Sequence record: NZ_CP083837.1
Direction: 5' to 3' (one strand)
DNA: 41,874 bases
From: a plasmid
The first letter of the stretch is position 1. Each line of letters begins with the position of its first letter. A program made the position numbers and the translations under genes. The notes under the pieces are model-generated. The model was given only the letters and a program-made list of their open reading frames with translations, was not told the DNA's origin and made no database searches. This document shows positions 8,155 to 19,634 of this stretch, piece after piece.

Positions 8155-9128
8155 AAATCTTCTCTCAGTTTATACTTTCTGCTAGGGTCACCAAGTGTTA
8201 TCGAGTTTAGTTCATGTGAGTAATGGTGTGTATGGTAATGCGCTGGATTTTTCAGATAATCGGGGAATGATATTATTTTCCCGCAACTAATTGCAGAATA
8301 GAACCAGTTACGGAAAGTTTTGTCATTTGTTTTTAGTGCATGTTTTGGAATAAAAACTAATTTAATACTGGAAACGTAATTGACAGGATTAAGTATAGTA
8401 TATCTGTTTTCTACAAACTCTTTTAAAGCATCTATAAATTCATATTCTGATGTATAAATTTCTGTCTTATTACTAGGGCGTTTTATCTGGAATATGAATG
8501 AATAGTAGTTCTGGTCAAGTATTTCAACGGTGTTTGAATTTATGCTCAGTTGTTCAATAACCGCTTCTCGTTTATACTCTAATTTGTCTCTGACAGATTG
8601 ATATACAACCATTGCTGCATGATGTGAACCACCACTGTTTGAAGCTACATAGCGGTCAAGCCAGGAGTAATATGTAACATTGATAGAATCGCGAGGGTTG
8701 AAACCTTCATGCTCAATGTGCCATATATTATCCTCCCAGTCTGAAATGTTTTCAGCTTTCAGGTTTTTGGCGGGATACATCCCCTCCCCCCATGAGTAAA
8801 GGTTTTTGAACCAACTACCATTTATTACCTTGTTCCATCCACAACCGAAACTTTTCGAGGCAGTCAGAGACTGTAATTTGTTAAAATCGAAATCCAGAGA
8901 GTGTTTTTTATCTGTAGTTATTATGTTACTCAGAATCTCAGCCAGATCCCTGTCAATATATCTCAGTGAGTATTCGCTAAATATATTTTCAAGCTGCAAT
9001 ATGGTGTCTGCATCCGCTGTAGGTTCAACTAACTTAATATCAGCAAGATTTTTAAACGTTGCAGCGGTCAGCTTATGGTGATCTGTCAACCTGTAGAGTT
9101 GACAGATTAATTCGGTTAAATATCTCAT
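8151..9128 (-). CDS. Hypothetical protein, 325 aa, low-GC
   Basis: Long ORF convergent with the 118-aa gene. AT-rich codon usage distinct from its neighbours. No recognisable motif. Confidence 0.6.
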   Translation of the reverse strand: MRYLTELICQLYRLTDHHKLTAATFKNLADIKLVEPTADADTILQLENIFSEYSLRYIDRDLAEILSNIITTDKKHSLDFDFNKLQSLTASKSFGCGWNKVINGSWFKNLYSWGEGMYPAKNLKAENISDWEDNIWHIEHEGFNPRDSINVTYYSWLDRYVASNSGGSHHAAMVVYQSVRDKLEYKREAVIEQLSINSNTVEILDQNYYSFIFQIKRPSNKTEIYTSEYEFIDALKEFVENRYTILNPVNYVSSIKLVFIPKHALKTNDKTFRNWFYSAISCGKIISFPDYLKNPAHYHTHHYSHELNSITLGDPSRKYKLREDF

Positions 9129-9152
9129 AGATTATCATCCATGCTTCTATGG

Positions 9153-9434
9153 TTAGAATTTTGCTGATTCCAGTAACCAGTGGTTTTTCTGGTTTTCGTC
9201 CAGATTATCAAATGCGGCCAGCGCTGCCTTTAGAACGGTTGTCCTGCTCTGTCCTGTTCTGATCGCCTCAGCCTCTAGGATATCGTCAAAGGCTTCAGAA
9301 AGCCGGAAATTAACCAGCTTCGCTTTACCTGGTGTTGGCTTCCTTGTGGCTCCAGAGATAAAGCGTGCTGTTTCTGCGTTTGTTGCCTGTTCTTCTGTCG
9401 CCGGAACGGTTGGCGTTTTCAATTTTAAAACCAT
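9153..9434 (-). CDS. parG: Ribbon-helix-helix centromere-binding protein (ParG-like), 93 aa
   Basis: RHH signature KLVNFRLSEAFDDILEAEAIRTGQSRTTVLKAAL. Encoded directly after the ParA gene. Flexible N-terminal tail. Confidence 0.6.
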   Translation of the reverse strand: MVLKLKTPTVPATEEQATNAETARFISGATRKPTPGKAKLVNFRLSEAFDDILEAEAIRTGQSRTTVLKAALAAFDNLDENQKNHWLLESAKF

Positions 9435-9530
9435 ACAAAATCCTCATTAAAGACACTATCTAAGTGTAAATACTATAGTGTCTTTATGTTGTCTTTACAA
9501 TGTAAATTTCTATGTATTCGATTGAAATAT
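9435..9530. promoter_or_regulatory. Repeat cluster between parA and the parG-like gene: 9-bp inverted repeat AGACACTAT/ATAGTGTCT, TGTCTTTA(T/C) direct repeats, palindrome TTTACAATGTAAA
   Basis: Motifs seen directly. Same motif family as the block upstream of parA. Confidence 0.5.
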
Positions 9531-10193
9531 TTAGATTATCCCTATTTCCTGGGCGACTAATTCTATCTGTGCTTTTGCTGTTGTCAGACTGGAGGCGCGG
9601 CTTACATCATGTACCCCTGCCCCTTCATTGCAGGCGCTTTCAAACACATCCAATTCTGACATGCGGTTTTTTAGTGGCTGTATCCAGACGTCGTCTGAGC
9701 GTAATAATTTATCCAGCTCAATAGCGGCTTTTCTGTGGCGTGGCTTGCTTGGGTTTATTCTGGTAAGTAATACCCAGGGTTGCAGGGCTGCGTTTGATTT
9801 CTGAGCCATGCGGACTTTCTCGGTTACGCTCGTCAGTGTTTCACTTTCAAAGTCAGATGACGCTTTAACCAGAGTTATCATGATATCTGACACAGTCAGT
9901 GCGCTACGGAACTCAAGGCTGTCATGTCCGGGGCAGTCAACGATCAGAACATCGCACAGCTTGCTCAGGCGGTTAATCTCTTTGCTTACATTACCGTATG
10001 CCTCGTAGACTGGTACTGTTGGGAGGCTATTCTCCCTGCGTTTTTCATTCCAGCTGATAAGGTCATTGTTCTTATCGGTTTTAAGGATGATTACCGATTT
10101 TTCTCTGTTTGCCAGCATAGATGCTGTGTTAGCTGAGTAGGTGCTTTTCCCTACCCCGCCCTTATCTGAAACCACCAGTAAAATTTTTCCCAT
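9531..10193 (-). CDS. parA: Partition ATPase, ParA/ParF family, 220 aa
   Basis: Deviant Walker A KGGVGKST. Followed by an RHH protein gene. Centromere-like repeats upstream. Confidence 0.85.
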   Translation of the reverse strand: MGKILLVVSDKGGVGKSTYSANTASMLANREKSVIILKTDKNNDLISWNEKRRENSLPTVPVYEAYGNVSKEINRLSKLCDVLIVDCPGHDSLEFRSALTVSDIMITLVKASSDFESETLTSVTEKVRMAQKSNAALQPWVLLTRINPSKPRHRKAAIELDKLLRSDDVWIQPLKNRMSELDVFESACNEGAGVHDVSRASSLTTAKAQIELVAQEIGII

Positions 10194-10199
10194 TTCCGC

Positions 10200-10420
10200 A
10201 TCCTCGTATTTACGATGTAAAGCTTTTCATGTCTTTACGGTGTCTTTAACTTATAAAGATATAGGCGTCTTTATAGTGTCTTTATACTCTTTATGTTTTA
10301 CGATGTAAATAGAGTATAAAGATAAGTGTGTCTTTATGTGTGCTTTACATGGTAAAGCTCATTATGGCTTTACGTTTGATTTACACCGTCTTTCTGATGT
10401 AACTGTAGGTGACGTGGTCA
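10200..10420. promoter_or_regulatory. Centromere/operator-like repeat array: multiple (G)TGTCTTTA(T/C/A) direct repeats plus palindromes TTTACGATGTAAA (two copies) and CTTTACATGGTAAAG
   Basis: Repeats read directly from the sequence upstream of the parA start. Confidence 0.55.
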
Positions 10421-10488
10421 CATAATGAATCATTTCTTTGGTTCTGTTTGAGTATGCCTTTAAAATACCATGCGAAACAGGTACTATA

Positions 10489-10526
10489 GGGGTTTGAGGG
10501 CCAATGGAACGAAAACGTACGCTAAG
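10489..10526. repeat. Tn3-family 38-bp terminal inverted repeat (left end). The tnpA stop lies within it.
   Basis: GGGG...ACGAAAAC...CGCTAAG pattern characteristic of Tn3-family IRs. Confidence 0.75.
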
Positions 10527-13500
10527 AAGTTAATTCATTGTTTAAATTGAAATTTAGTTCTCTCAGTTCCCCCTTCAAAATATCCTCCGGTAGCGTAAAC
10601 GTATAATGCCCCAGCATATTGATATGCCCGTGCATCAGTGGGGACAACCGGGCGATATCTTCAACCCCGATTTCTTCTCCATTACTGCGTATCCAGCTCA
10701 GGGCTTCCTGCATATAAAGTGTGTTCCACAGTACCACTGCGTTAGTGACCAGGCCCAGTGCCCCCAGCTGATCTTCCTGACCTTCACGATAGCGCTTTCT
10801 GATCTCACCGCGCTGCCCGTAGCAGATCGCCCTCGCCACAGCATGGCGGCCTTCCCCCCGGTTTAGCTGCGTCAGGATCCGCCGACGATAATCCTCATCA
10901 TCAATATAATTAAGAAGGTACAGCGTCTTGTTGACGCGCCCCACTTCCATGATCGCCTGTGCCAGCCCTGATGGGCGCGAGCTTTTCAGCAAAGAGCGAA
11001 TGAGTTCTGAAGCATGAATGGTGCCCAGTTTCAGCGAACCGGCGGTTCGCATCATCTCATCCCACTGATCCTCGGCTTTCGACAGATCGGCACAACCACG
11101 TGCCAGTTCGTCCAGTGCACCGTAATTTGCCGATTTATCCACTCGCCAGAATACCGCTTCACCGGCATCGGCAAGCCGGGGGGAAAACTGGTATCCCAGC
11201 AGCCAGAAGAGGCCAAAAATAATGTCGCTGGTACCGGCTGTGTCTGTCATGATCTCAACCGGATTCAGCCCTGTCTGCTGCTCCAGAAGGCCTTCCAGCA
11301 CAAAAATGGAATCTCGTAATGTGCCGGGGACAACGATGCCGTGGAATCCAGAGTACTGATCAGAGACGAAGTTGTACCAGGTGATGCCACGTCCGGAACC
11401 AAAATATTTTCTGTTAGGTCCTGAATTGACGGTTTTCACCGGCGTGACAAAGCGCATGCCATCAGCTGAAGCCACTTCGCCACCACCCCAGCGGCCAGCA
11501 AGCTCCAGTGTGGACTGAAAATCAACCAGGCGGGCATTGGCGCTGACCAGCGTTTCTGCCCGGAGGTAATTCTGTTTTACCCAGCTAAGCCGGTGGCGCG
11601 TCAGCGCCGGTATATTGTGCTTTATCAGCGGTTCCAGCCCGATATTGCAGGCCTCTGCCATCAGGACCGCGCACAGGCTGATGTGCAGATCCTGTGCCCG
11701 GGCCCCGGATTCACTGACATGCGTAAACTCACGTGTAAATCCCGTTCTGGCATCTATTTCAAGCAACAGTTCCGTCAAATCTACTGGCGGGAGTAGCAGC
11801 CTTACCCGACTGTTGAGACGATGCAACGATGTTGGCTCCTCCAGTTTCTCCAGGCTGCTGATAGTCAGGGAAGGATGTTTACCGTCATGGCAAATATGAA
11901 CCTCCGCATTTCCTTCAAAGCGGGATGCGACGGTTTTCCAGGTTTCATCTAGCTGGACCGCCAACTGTTGCACGCCTTTATGTCCATCAGTGGGATGTCC
12001 CAGCGCCCGGCAAACGGGGACCCGCTGAGCCTGCCATTCTTCCCCCTGCAACAGCTTCTCGCGGGGATTTCCCCAGCGATCGCTGTTTTCGAGCCAGATG
12101 TCCCTTCGACGTAGTGCATCCTGAAGGCGCTCCAGCAGACAAAGCGAGTAACCGGCACGCTGTATCCGGCCCTCCGCATCGTATACCAGGCGTTTCCAGG
12201 GGCCGGTAATAATATGTTCAGGCGCATTGTCCAGGATGCGCTTTTTCGAGCCGTTCAGTTCGGTCAGATAATGAATGGCGGACAACGTATGTTCTCCGGC
12301 TGGCGCTGCCTGGAAATGCAGGTCGCGCAATACCGCCGGAAGAAAGCGCTTTACCCGCCCGTACTGCTCCACCATTTCGTCATGGAAATTGTTGTTCTGA
12401 GGCCGGGCCAGCTCATTTACCTTGCTGACGGATTCTGCCAGCCTGCTTTTCGGTATGCTGTTGAATATGGTCTCCCTCAGTTCAGCATCGTCAGCCTGTT
12501 CATCCAGCAACAATGAACATGCCCGCGCCAATATTAGCGCAGCACGATCAAGATCTTTAAGCGTCCTGAGCCGTTTTTTCTGCCCCGTTTTCTTCGCCGC
12601 ACGAGTGATATCCAGTATCAGCATATCGAGCACATCAACGGCCTCATCCAGCGCCGCAGTCTCCTGCGCTTTAACGAATGCTGTGAGTACGGCCAGTTTT
12701 CTCTGCTGTGGCATTCGCGCGATATATTTTACCGACGCCATGCCTGCGTAACGGGCCAAATTACGCAGTTGTATAGCAGGCAGACCGGTAAAATTCAGTC
12801 GGGAAAATTCCAGGTTTCGCAGCCGGATATACCGCTCCAGCGCTTCGGTAAATGCCGGGCCGCTGACGGTGACCGGTCCCTTTTTCAGTTGCTCCAGCGG
12901 TGAAGTACGCTGCCCCTCAGGAATGTCCAGAAGCTCCGTCACGCGGGCGGTCTGCCAGCTGTCCGGCAACGCGGCCAGTTTCTTCCACAGCCGCTGATTT
13001 GCCCGTTCGCGTATTTCACTGACGAGACGTACAAGTGTGGTTGCTCCGGGCAGCAGGACCTTATTCTGAAGCAGCCACGCGGTGGCAAAATCAAACATAA
13101 GGCCGGGTCGCTCATTACTGAGCCATGCGCGGGTGTACAGCAGGCGCTTCAGGCGGAAAGACCAGGGGAAATCACCAAATTCATGGTAACCGTAATATTC
13201 CTTAATCAGCGCAGTATGCTCTCTGAGGGTGGTAACCCGTTCTGCGTAGCGGGTAAGGACTTCCGGACGGCGAATATTAAGCTGCACCGCGACAAATTGC
13301 TGAACACCTGGCAGAACCCGGGTTAAGTCTGTCAGAAAGGTGCCCAGAAAACGGGCGGTGGTGAGCTGAAGCGCAATTCCCAGCCGGTTATGCCTTCCCC
13401 GCCGCTGGTTAATGAAGGCAAGATCCCGCTCATCAAGATGAAAATAGCGCGCCAGCTGCACGTCATTGGGTTCTGCAACATAGCGACCATAATTCAGTTC

Positions 13501-13530
13501 CTGCTCAGTGGTCAGAAAATCGACGGGCAT
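10522..13530 (-). CDS. tnpA: Tn3-family transposase TnpA, 1002 aa
   Basis: 1002-aa ORF starting MPVDFLTTEQ, colinear with Tn3 TnpA but clearly diverged (roughly 60-70% by eye). Divergent from tnpR across a res-sized gap. Confidence 0.9.
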   Translation of the reverse strand: MPVDFLTTEQELNYGRYVAEPNDVQLARYFHLDERDLAFINQRRGRHNRLGIALQLTTARFLGTFLTDLTRVLPGVQQFVAVQLNIRRPEVLTRYAERVTTLREHTALIKEYYGYHEFGDFPWSFRLKRLLYTRAWLSNERPGLMFDFATAWLLQNKVLLPGATTLVRLVSEIRERANQRLWKKLAALPDSWQTARVTELLDIPEGQRTSPLEQLKKGPVTVSGPAFTEALERYIRLRNLEFSRLNFTGLPAIQLRNLARYAGMASVKYIARMPQQRKLAVLTAFVKAQETAALDEAVDVLDMLILDITRAAKKTGQKKRLRTLKDLDRAALILARACSLLLDEQADDAELRETIFNSIPKSRLAESVSKVNELARPQNNNFHDEMVEQYGRVKRFLPAVLRDLHFQAAPAGEHTLSAIHYLTELNGSKKRILDNAPEHIITGPWKRLVYDAEGRIQRAGYSLCLLERLQDALRRRDIWLENSDRWGNPREKLLQGEEWQAQRVPVCRALGHPTDGHKGVQQLAVQLDETWKTVASRFEGNAEVHICHDGKHPSLTISSLEKLEEPTSLHRLNSRVRLLLPPVDLTELLLEIDARTGFTREFTHVSESGARAQDLHISLCAVLMAEACNIGLEPLIKHNIPALTRHRLSWVKQNYLRAETLVSANARLVDFQSTLELAGRWGGGEVASADGMRFVTPVKTVNSGPNRKYFGSGRGITWYNFVSDQYSGFHGIVVPGTLRDSIFVLEGLLEQQTGLNPVEIMTDTAGTSDIIFGLFWLLGYQFSPRLADAGEAVFWRVDKSANYGALDELARGCADLSKAEDQWDEMMRTAGSLKLGTIHASELIRSLLKSSRPSGLAQAIMEVGRVNKTLYLLNYIDDEDYRRRILTQLNRGEGRHAVARAICYGQRGEIRKRYREGQEDQLGALGLVTNAVVLWNTLYMQEALSWIRSNGEEIGVEDIARLSPLMHGHINMLGHYTFTLPEDILKGELRELNFNLNNELTS

Positions 13531-14250
<720 letters not shown>

Positions 14251-14268
14251 TACGCCTATTTTTATAGG

Positions 14269-15350
14269 TGTCTGGACTCGTGGGATCATGTACCCATGCG
14301 TAGCTGGCCGCTCTTCAAGGCCAGACACGTTTTGCGTACACTGTTCCAATCCGACTCTTCACTGGCAACTCGATGACCCAGGCACTGCACAGCCAAGCCC
14401 GTACTACCCACCTGATCCGTGAGGAAATCAGGAACTCGACGCTCCCGCAGGCCGAACTGGCCAGGATGTACAACGTCACCCGCCAAACCATCCGAAAGTG
14501 GCAAAACCGCGAGTCTCCTGAAGACAAGTCGCATGCGCCGAACAAGATGTACACGACGCTCACGCCCGAGCAGGAGCTCATCGTGGTGGAGCTGCGCAAG
14601 ACGTTGCTGCTGCCCACGGACGACCTGCTGGCGGTCACGCGCGAGTTCATCAATCCAGCCGTCTCGCGTGCCGGCCTGGGACGTTGCCTGCGCCGCCACG
14701 GTGTCTCGGATCTACGTAACCTGGTCGAGCAGGAAGGCACTGCGCCCGCCACGAAAAAGACCTTCAAGGACTACGAGCCGGGCTTTGTGCACATCGACAT
14801 CAAGTACCTGCCGCAGATGCCCGACGAGACGGCAAGGCGCTATCTCTTCGTTGCCATCGACCGTGCTACGCGCTGGGTCTTCATCGAGCTCTATGCCGAC
14901 CAGACCGATGGCAGCAGTGGCGACTTCCTCAACAAAGTCCAGCAAGCCTGTCCCGTCAAGATCGTCAAGCTTCTGACCGACAACGGCAGCCAGTTCACCG
15001 ACCGCTTCACGGCTGGCGGCAAGAAGAAGGAACCCAGCGGCACACACGTGTTCGACCGCCTGTGCAAGCAGCTCGGCATCGAGCACCGGCTCATCCCGCC
15101 TCGTCATCCGCAGACCAACGGCATGGTGGAGCGCTTCAACGGTCGTATCAGCGACATCGTCAACCAGACCCGTTTTGGTTCAGCTGCCGAACTGGAATCG
15201 ACGCTGCGCAATTACGTCAAGATCTACAACCACAGCATTCCGCAACGCGCGCTCCAACACAAAACACCCGTTCAGGCGCTCAAGGAATGGCATGAAAAAC
15301 GCCCTGAATTGTTCAGGAAACGCGTGTATAACCAGCCGGGTCTTGACATA
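14269..15350 (+). mobile_element. ISKpn27 (IS481 family) inserted between tnpR and the bla upstream region of the Tn3 backbone. Ends TGTCTGGACTCG...CGGGTCTTGACA. TATAGG present on both flanks (probable 6-bp target-site duplication).
   Basis: Flanks are Tn3/pBR322 sequence (...CGCCTATTTTTATAGG | TTAATGTCATGATAATAATGG...), which is contiguous in Tn3. Imperfect terminal IRs. A DDE transposase lies inside. Confidence 0.75.
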
Positions 15351-15353
15351 TAG
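14373..15353 (+). CDS. IS481-family DDE transposase (ISKpn27), 326 aa
   Basis: Integrase-core motifs (D...D...E region, HRLIPPRHPQTNGMVERFN). Position and sequence match the ISKpn27/ISKpn8 transposase known upstream of blaKPC in NTE-KPC structures. Confidence 0.8.
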   Translation: MTQALHSQARTTHLIREEIRNSTLPQAELARMYNVTRQTIRKWQNRESPEDKSHAPNKMYTTLTPEQELIVVELRKTLLLPTDDLLAVTREFINPAVSRAGLGRCLRRHGVSDLRNLVEQEGTAPATKKTFKDYEPGFVHIDIKYLPQMPDETARRYLFVAIDRATRWVFIELYADQTDGSSGDFLNKVQQACPVKIVKLLTDNGSQFTDRFTAGGKKKEPSGTHVFDRLCKQLGIEHRLIPPRHPQTNGMVERFNGRISDIVNQTRFGSAAELESTLRNYVKIYNHSIPQRALQHKTPVQALKEWHEKRPELFRKRVYNQPGLDI

Positions 15354-15358
15354 GTTAA

Positions 15359-16078
<720 letters not shown>

Positions 16079-16172
16079 CTGTCAGACCAAGTTTACTCAT
16101 ATATACTTTAGATTGATTTAAAACTTCATTTTTAATTTAACTAGCTCCACCTTCAAACAAGGAATATCGTTG

Positions 16173-17054
16173 ATGTCACTGTATCGCCGTCTAGTTCTGC
16201 TGTCTTGTCTCTCATGGCCGCTGGCTGGCTTTTCTGCCACCGCGCTGACCAACCTCGTCGCGGAACCATTCGCTAAACTCGAACAGGACTTTGGCGGCTC
16301 CATCGGTGTGTACGCGATGGATACCGGCTCAGGCGCAACTGTAAGTTACCGCGCTGAGGAGCGCTTCCCACTGTGCAGCTCATTCAAGGGCTTTCTTGCT
16401 GCCGCTGTGCTGGCTCGCAGCCAGCAGCAGGCCGGCTTGCTGGACACACCCATCCGTTACGGCAAAAATGCGCTGGTTCCGTGGTCACCCATCTCGGAAA
16501 AATATCTGACAACAGGCATGACGGTGGCGGAGCTGTCCGCGGCCGCCGTGCAATACAGTGATAACGCCGCCGCCAATTTGTTGCTGAAGGAGTTGGGCGG
16601 CCCGGCCGGGCTGACGGCCTTCATGCGCTCTATCGGCGATACCACGTTCCGTCTGGACCGCTGGGAGCTGGAGCTGAACTCCGCCATCCCAGGCGATGCG
16701 CGCGATACCTCATCGCCGCGCGCCGTGACGGAAAGCTTACAAAAACTGACACTGGGCTCTGCACTGGCTGCGCCGCAGCGGCAGCAGTTTGTTGATTGGC
16801 TAAAGGGAAACACGACCGGCAACCACCGCATCCGCGCGGCGGTGCCGGCAGACTGGGCAGTCGGAGACAAAACCGGAACCTGCGGAGTGTATGGCACGGC
16901 AAATGACTATGCCGTCGTCTGGCCCACTGGGCGCGCACCTATTGTGTTGGCCGTCTACACCCGGGCGCCTAACAAGGATGACAAGCACAGCGAGGCCGTC
17001 ATCGCCGCTGCGGCTAGACTCGCGCTCGAGGGATTGGGCGTCAACGGGCAGTAA
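16173..17054 (+). CDS. blaKPC-2: Class A carbapenemase KPC, KPC-2-like, 293 aa
   Basis: [33 protein letters not shown]...[27 protein letters not shown]272 (not the Y of KPC-3), D179 and V240 intact. Preceded by AAGGAA Shine-Dalgarno. Only ~33 bp of native upstream sequence remains after the pBR322-type junction at 16139/16140. Confidence 0.9.
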
Positions 17055-17303
17055 GGCTCTGAAAATCATCTATTGGCCCACCACCGCCGCCCTTGCGGGC
17101 GGCATGGATTACCAACCACTGTCACATTTAGGCTAGGAGTCTGCGCGGCAGAGCCGTGTGACCGGTTTTCTGTAGAGCACTGACGATGGCGGCGGCGCTC
17201 TCTGCAATTGGCAAGGCGTCGGCGCCAAGGATACCAATCTTGCGGCGCGCGGCGTGTTATGACGACTGGGGTGCATTTGAGCCGCCCCATTTAACCTTCG
17301 CCC

Positions 17304-18362
17304 TCACAGATACGCCATTCGCCTCAGATTTAGCGCCATGCAGACGAGCTTCCACTCGGCTTGCACCTTGTCCAGGCCCCTCATGCTGAACTGACGCAAT
17401 CCCATCACCGCCTTGATCCAACCATTCGGAGCCTCCACGATCGACTTGCGCCGGCGGTAAGCTGCATCGCCTTGCTCCGTTTTCAATTTCGCCGCAATCG
17501 CCGCCGTATGCGGATGGGTCTTGGCATTGACCTTGGCATCTTCACGTCCCTCGCGGCCGAGGGCAACGATGACATCGCCGTGGTGATCGGCGACCTTTGC
17601 CAGAACAGCCTCACTACGGAATCCCGCATCCGCCAGCGTCTGGGCCGGCATTTCTCCGGTGTTGGCCTGAACTGCTGCCAGCATGCCCAGCAGCGCCTGA
17701 CTGTCCGCGGCGCAGTTGGTCAACTCCGCCGCCACGATGATCTGGTGCTCGGCATCGACCGCTGTGTACCCGTTGTAGCTCTGCTCGGAGCCACCACCGG
17801 CGTGTTTCATGATCCGGCTGTCCGGATCGGTGAAGCTTTCCTGATCACGGTCATCCGGCACACCAAACTCGCGTTTGTACGAGCCACCGCCCTTGTCCGA
17901 GCCATCCGGATGGCGAGGCCGGCGGCCATCGTCTTCGCTGCGCCCCCGGGCCTGGTCCGCTTCACGCTGGCGCGCTTCCAGGCGCGCCTTTGCCGCCTGG
18001 ATCGCCTCCAGGCGCTTCTCGCGGCGAGAAATCTCGGCAGGAATGTCCAGCTCCGGCTCGTTACGCTCCTGGTCGTCGGTAGCCTTGGCGCGATCAAGCA
18101 GCGCCTTGATCTCGCAATGCAATTCGTCCTCGGCCGGCTTCATGCGCTTATAGCTCATCGCCTTGTGGTCGCCATGTTTGGCGGCTTCGTATTCAGGTTC
18201 TTTAGAGAGATCCTTTAGATCGCCGTTCCTCACTACTGCCGGGAAGTCTCCCCAGGGAGCACGTTCGGCCTTATGTTCGGTCATGGTTTCAATCCCGGTC
18301 AGCGTCCCATATAGCCCCGAAACCTGCCAGGTGGGCCAAGATAGACCAGGCACCATAAGCAA
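17304..18362 (-). pseudogene. delta-ISKpn6: 5'-truncated IS1182-family transposase (C-terminal ~352 of ~439 aa), opposite in orientation to blaKPC
   Basis: DDE-domain C-terminal region in the position and orientation of ISKpn6 downstream of blaKPC. The reading frame runs open into the korC-like gene. Too short for an intact IS before klcA. Confidence 0.7.
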
Positions 18363-18600
18363 TAGGGCTAGGGTTGGTTTTGCTCACCCAACGCCTGAAG
18401 GTTCGGGTTCCCTTTCCGCTGCCTCTCTCACCAGGCAAACCAACGAGATCAGCGACATCAACGCCACTGAGAGGCTTACTAAGCCCTTTTCGTTGCCTAA
18501 TCAGCTCCAACACCTCTTTGATTTCATCGGCGGTTGGAGCCTGCCAATCTTCAGCGAACGGCCTAAGCGTTTCAGGTCTAATCATGCGATAAATCCTCAA
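18289..18600 (-). CDS. korC: KorC-like small DNA-binding regulator, 103 aa
   Basis: Own GAGGA Shine-Dalgarno 9 nt upstream. Matches the conserved delta-ISKpn6-korC-klcA arrangement of non-Tn4401 KPC elements. HTH-like segment. Identity rests on context plus weak similarity. Confidence 0.45.
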   Translation of the reverse strand: MRIYRMIRPETLRPFAEDWQAPTADEIKEVLELIRQRKGLSKPLSGVDVADLVGLPGERGSGKGTRTFRRWVSKTNPSPIAYGAWSILAHLAGFGAIWDADRD

Positions 18601-18602
18601 AT

Positions 18603-18630
18603 AGCCCCGGTCAATGCCGGGGCTTTTTTA
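18603..18630 (+). terminator. Rho-independent terminator (GCCCCGG, loop tcaat, CCGGGGC, then T6 run)
   Basis: Perfect 7-bp GC stem followed by a T-run on the plus strand. Lies between korC-like and klcA. Confidence 0.5.
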
Positions 18631-18913
18631 TCAATGGGTAACGGTCGCGGCGGCCTCCCGATACGCCTTCAGTTCAATCAAGAGCAAGCCAAGCTCCCGC
18701 ATCTTCATGCGCGGCATATGAACGGGGCGGCGGGCCGTCAGAGCGTCGCCAATGTGTTTTGCAAGTGATACAATATCCGTATTCATCGCGTTTATCCTCA
18801 AATTGACCGGTGAAAGCCCCTGTGATTGGTTGCAGCCATACCAGGGGCACCATTTCTTTTTCTACCTATGCACCTCCTTTAAGAGCCCCGGCCATCACCG
18901 GGGCTTTCTGTTG

Positions 18914-19324
18914 CTAGTCTATTGCGGCCAAGATGGCCTCTTTTTCGTCATGCTCACAAGCCCAATCCCGCAAGCTGTGATACAGCCTTGAAAACCGCTC
19001 CTGGTCAGCGCCTTCTGTGTGAAATGACAGATGGCTATAGAGGTAGAGGCAAGCGGTAATCCCGGCAGCATCGGCGCTCATTTGGCCACTAAAGTAGTTC
19101 ATGGCCTCGATGTTCAGCATTTCATCACGACGCCCAGGAGCCATATAAAAGCCGCCGTTCGACAGCTCCCACATAAGCCAATAAGCCCCGCGATACTCGC
19201 GGCAGAGCCCTTTCATTTGCTGGTAAAGCATCGACTCGAAAACCACATAGAAACGGCCTACATAGGGGTCAGTTTGGATATAGAGAATTATTGTACGGTA
19301 AGCCTGTTTTTTGAACAGACTTAC
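18914..19324 (-). pseudogene. klcA: KlcA/ArdB-family antirestriction gene, apparently 5'-truncated. ORF from GTG at 19246 gives 110 aa. Homology continues upstream without a start codon, to a stop at 19325.
   Basis: YWLMWELSNGGFYMAP...SADAAGI...AID matches the RK2 KlcA core. The upstream in-frame DPYVGRFYV aligns with KlcA PTYFGPR but lacks the N-terminal ~20 residues. Confidence 0.6.
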
Positions 19325-19482
19325 CTATAGCAATAGGGTGTACTCCCGCGCTATACGGCATTTTCAGAGGTTTGACCTTAATCGGATAACCTAAATGCGA
19401 TACTGCAAGAGCGACAACTTAAAAGCGATAGCCACTGACGCAAAATCAACCCCTTACGAACCAAGATTGGTTAAATAATGCG

Positions 19483-19520
19483 CTTAACGTACAAAAATTT
19501 CCGATCTCCAAACTGACCCC
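19483..19520. repeat. Tn3-family 38-bp terminal inverted repeat (right end; Tn21/Tn1721-like inner half TCGGAAA...GTACGTTAAG), inward-facing toward klcA
   Basis: The reverse complement reads GGGGTCAGTTTGGAGATCGGAAATTTTTGTACGTTAAG, the GGGG...ACGTTAAG hallmark. Confidence 0.6.
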
Positions 19521-19634
19521 TAAAAGGTTAGGTGGGGGGGGTTATGCGCATCAGATGAATGTTGTAACTAAACGATGTTTTTATTAAAGGCCGGAGGTGG
19601 TTAGCCCCCAGCCTTAGTTACGTTTCCGTATTCA

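Noticed and set aside
18289-18600. Possibility that this ORF is the frameshifted N-terminus of an intact ISKpn6 transposase (combined length ~432 codons, close to 439)
   Set aside because: The ORF has its own SD 9 nt upstream and is preceded by a terminator hairpin rather than IS-end sequence. An intact ISKpn6 would not fit before klcA. The korC-like call is kept, at moderate confidence.
19246-19324. Treating klcA as intact from the GTG start at 19246
   Set aside because: KlcA-family homology continues upstream of the GTG without any start codon until a stop at 19325. The gene is more likely 5'-truncated.
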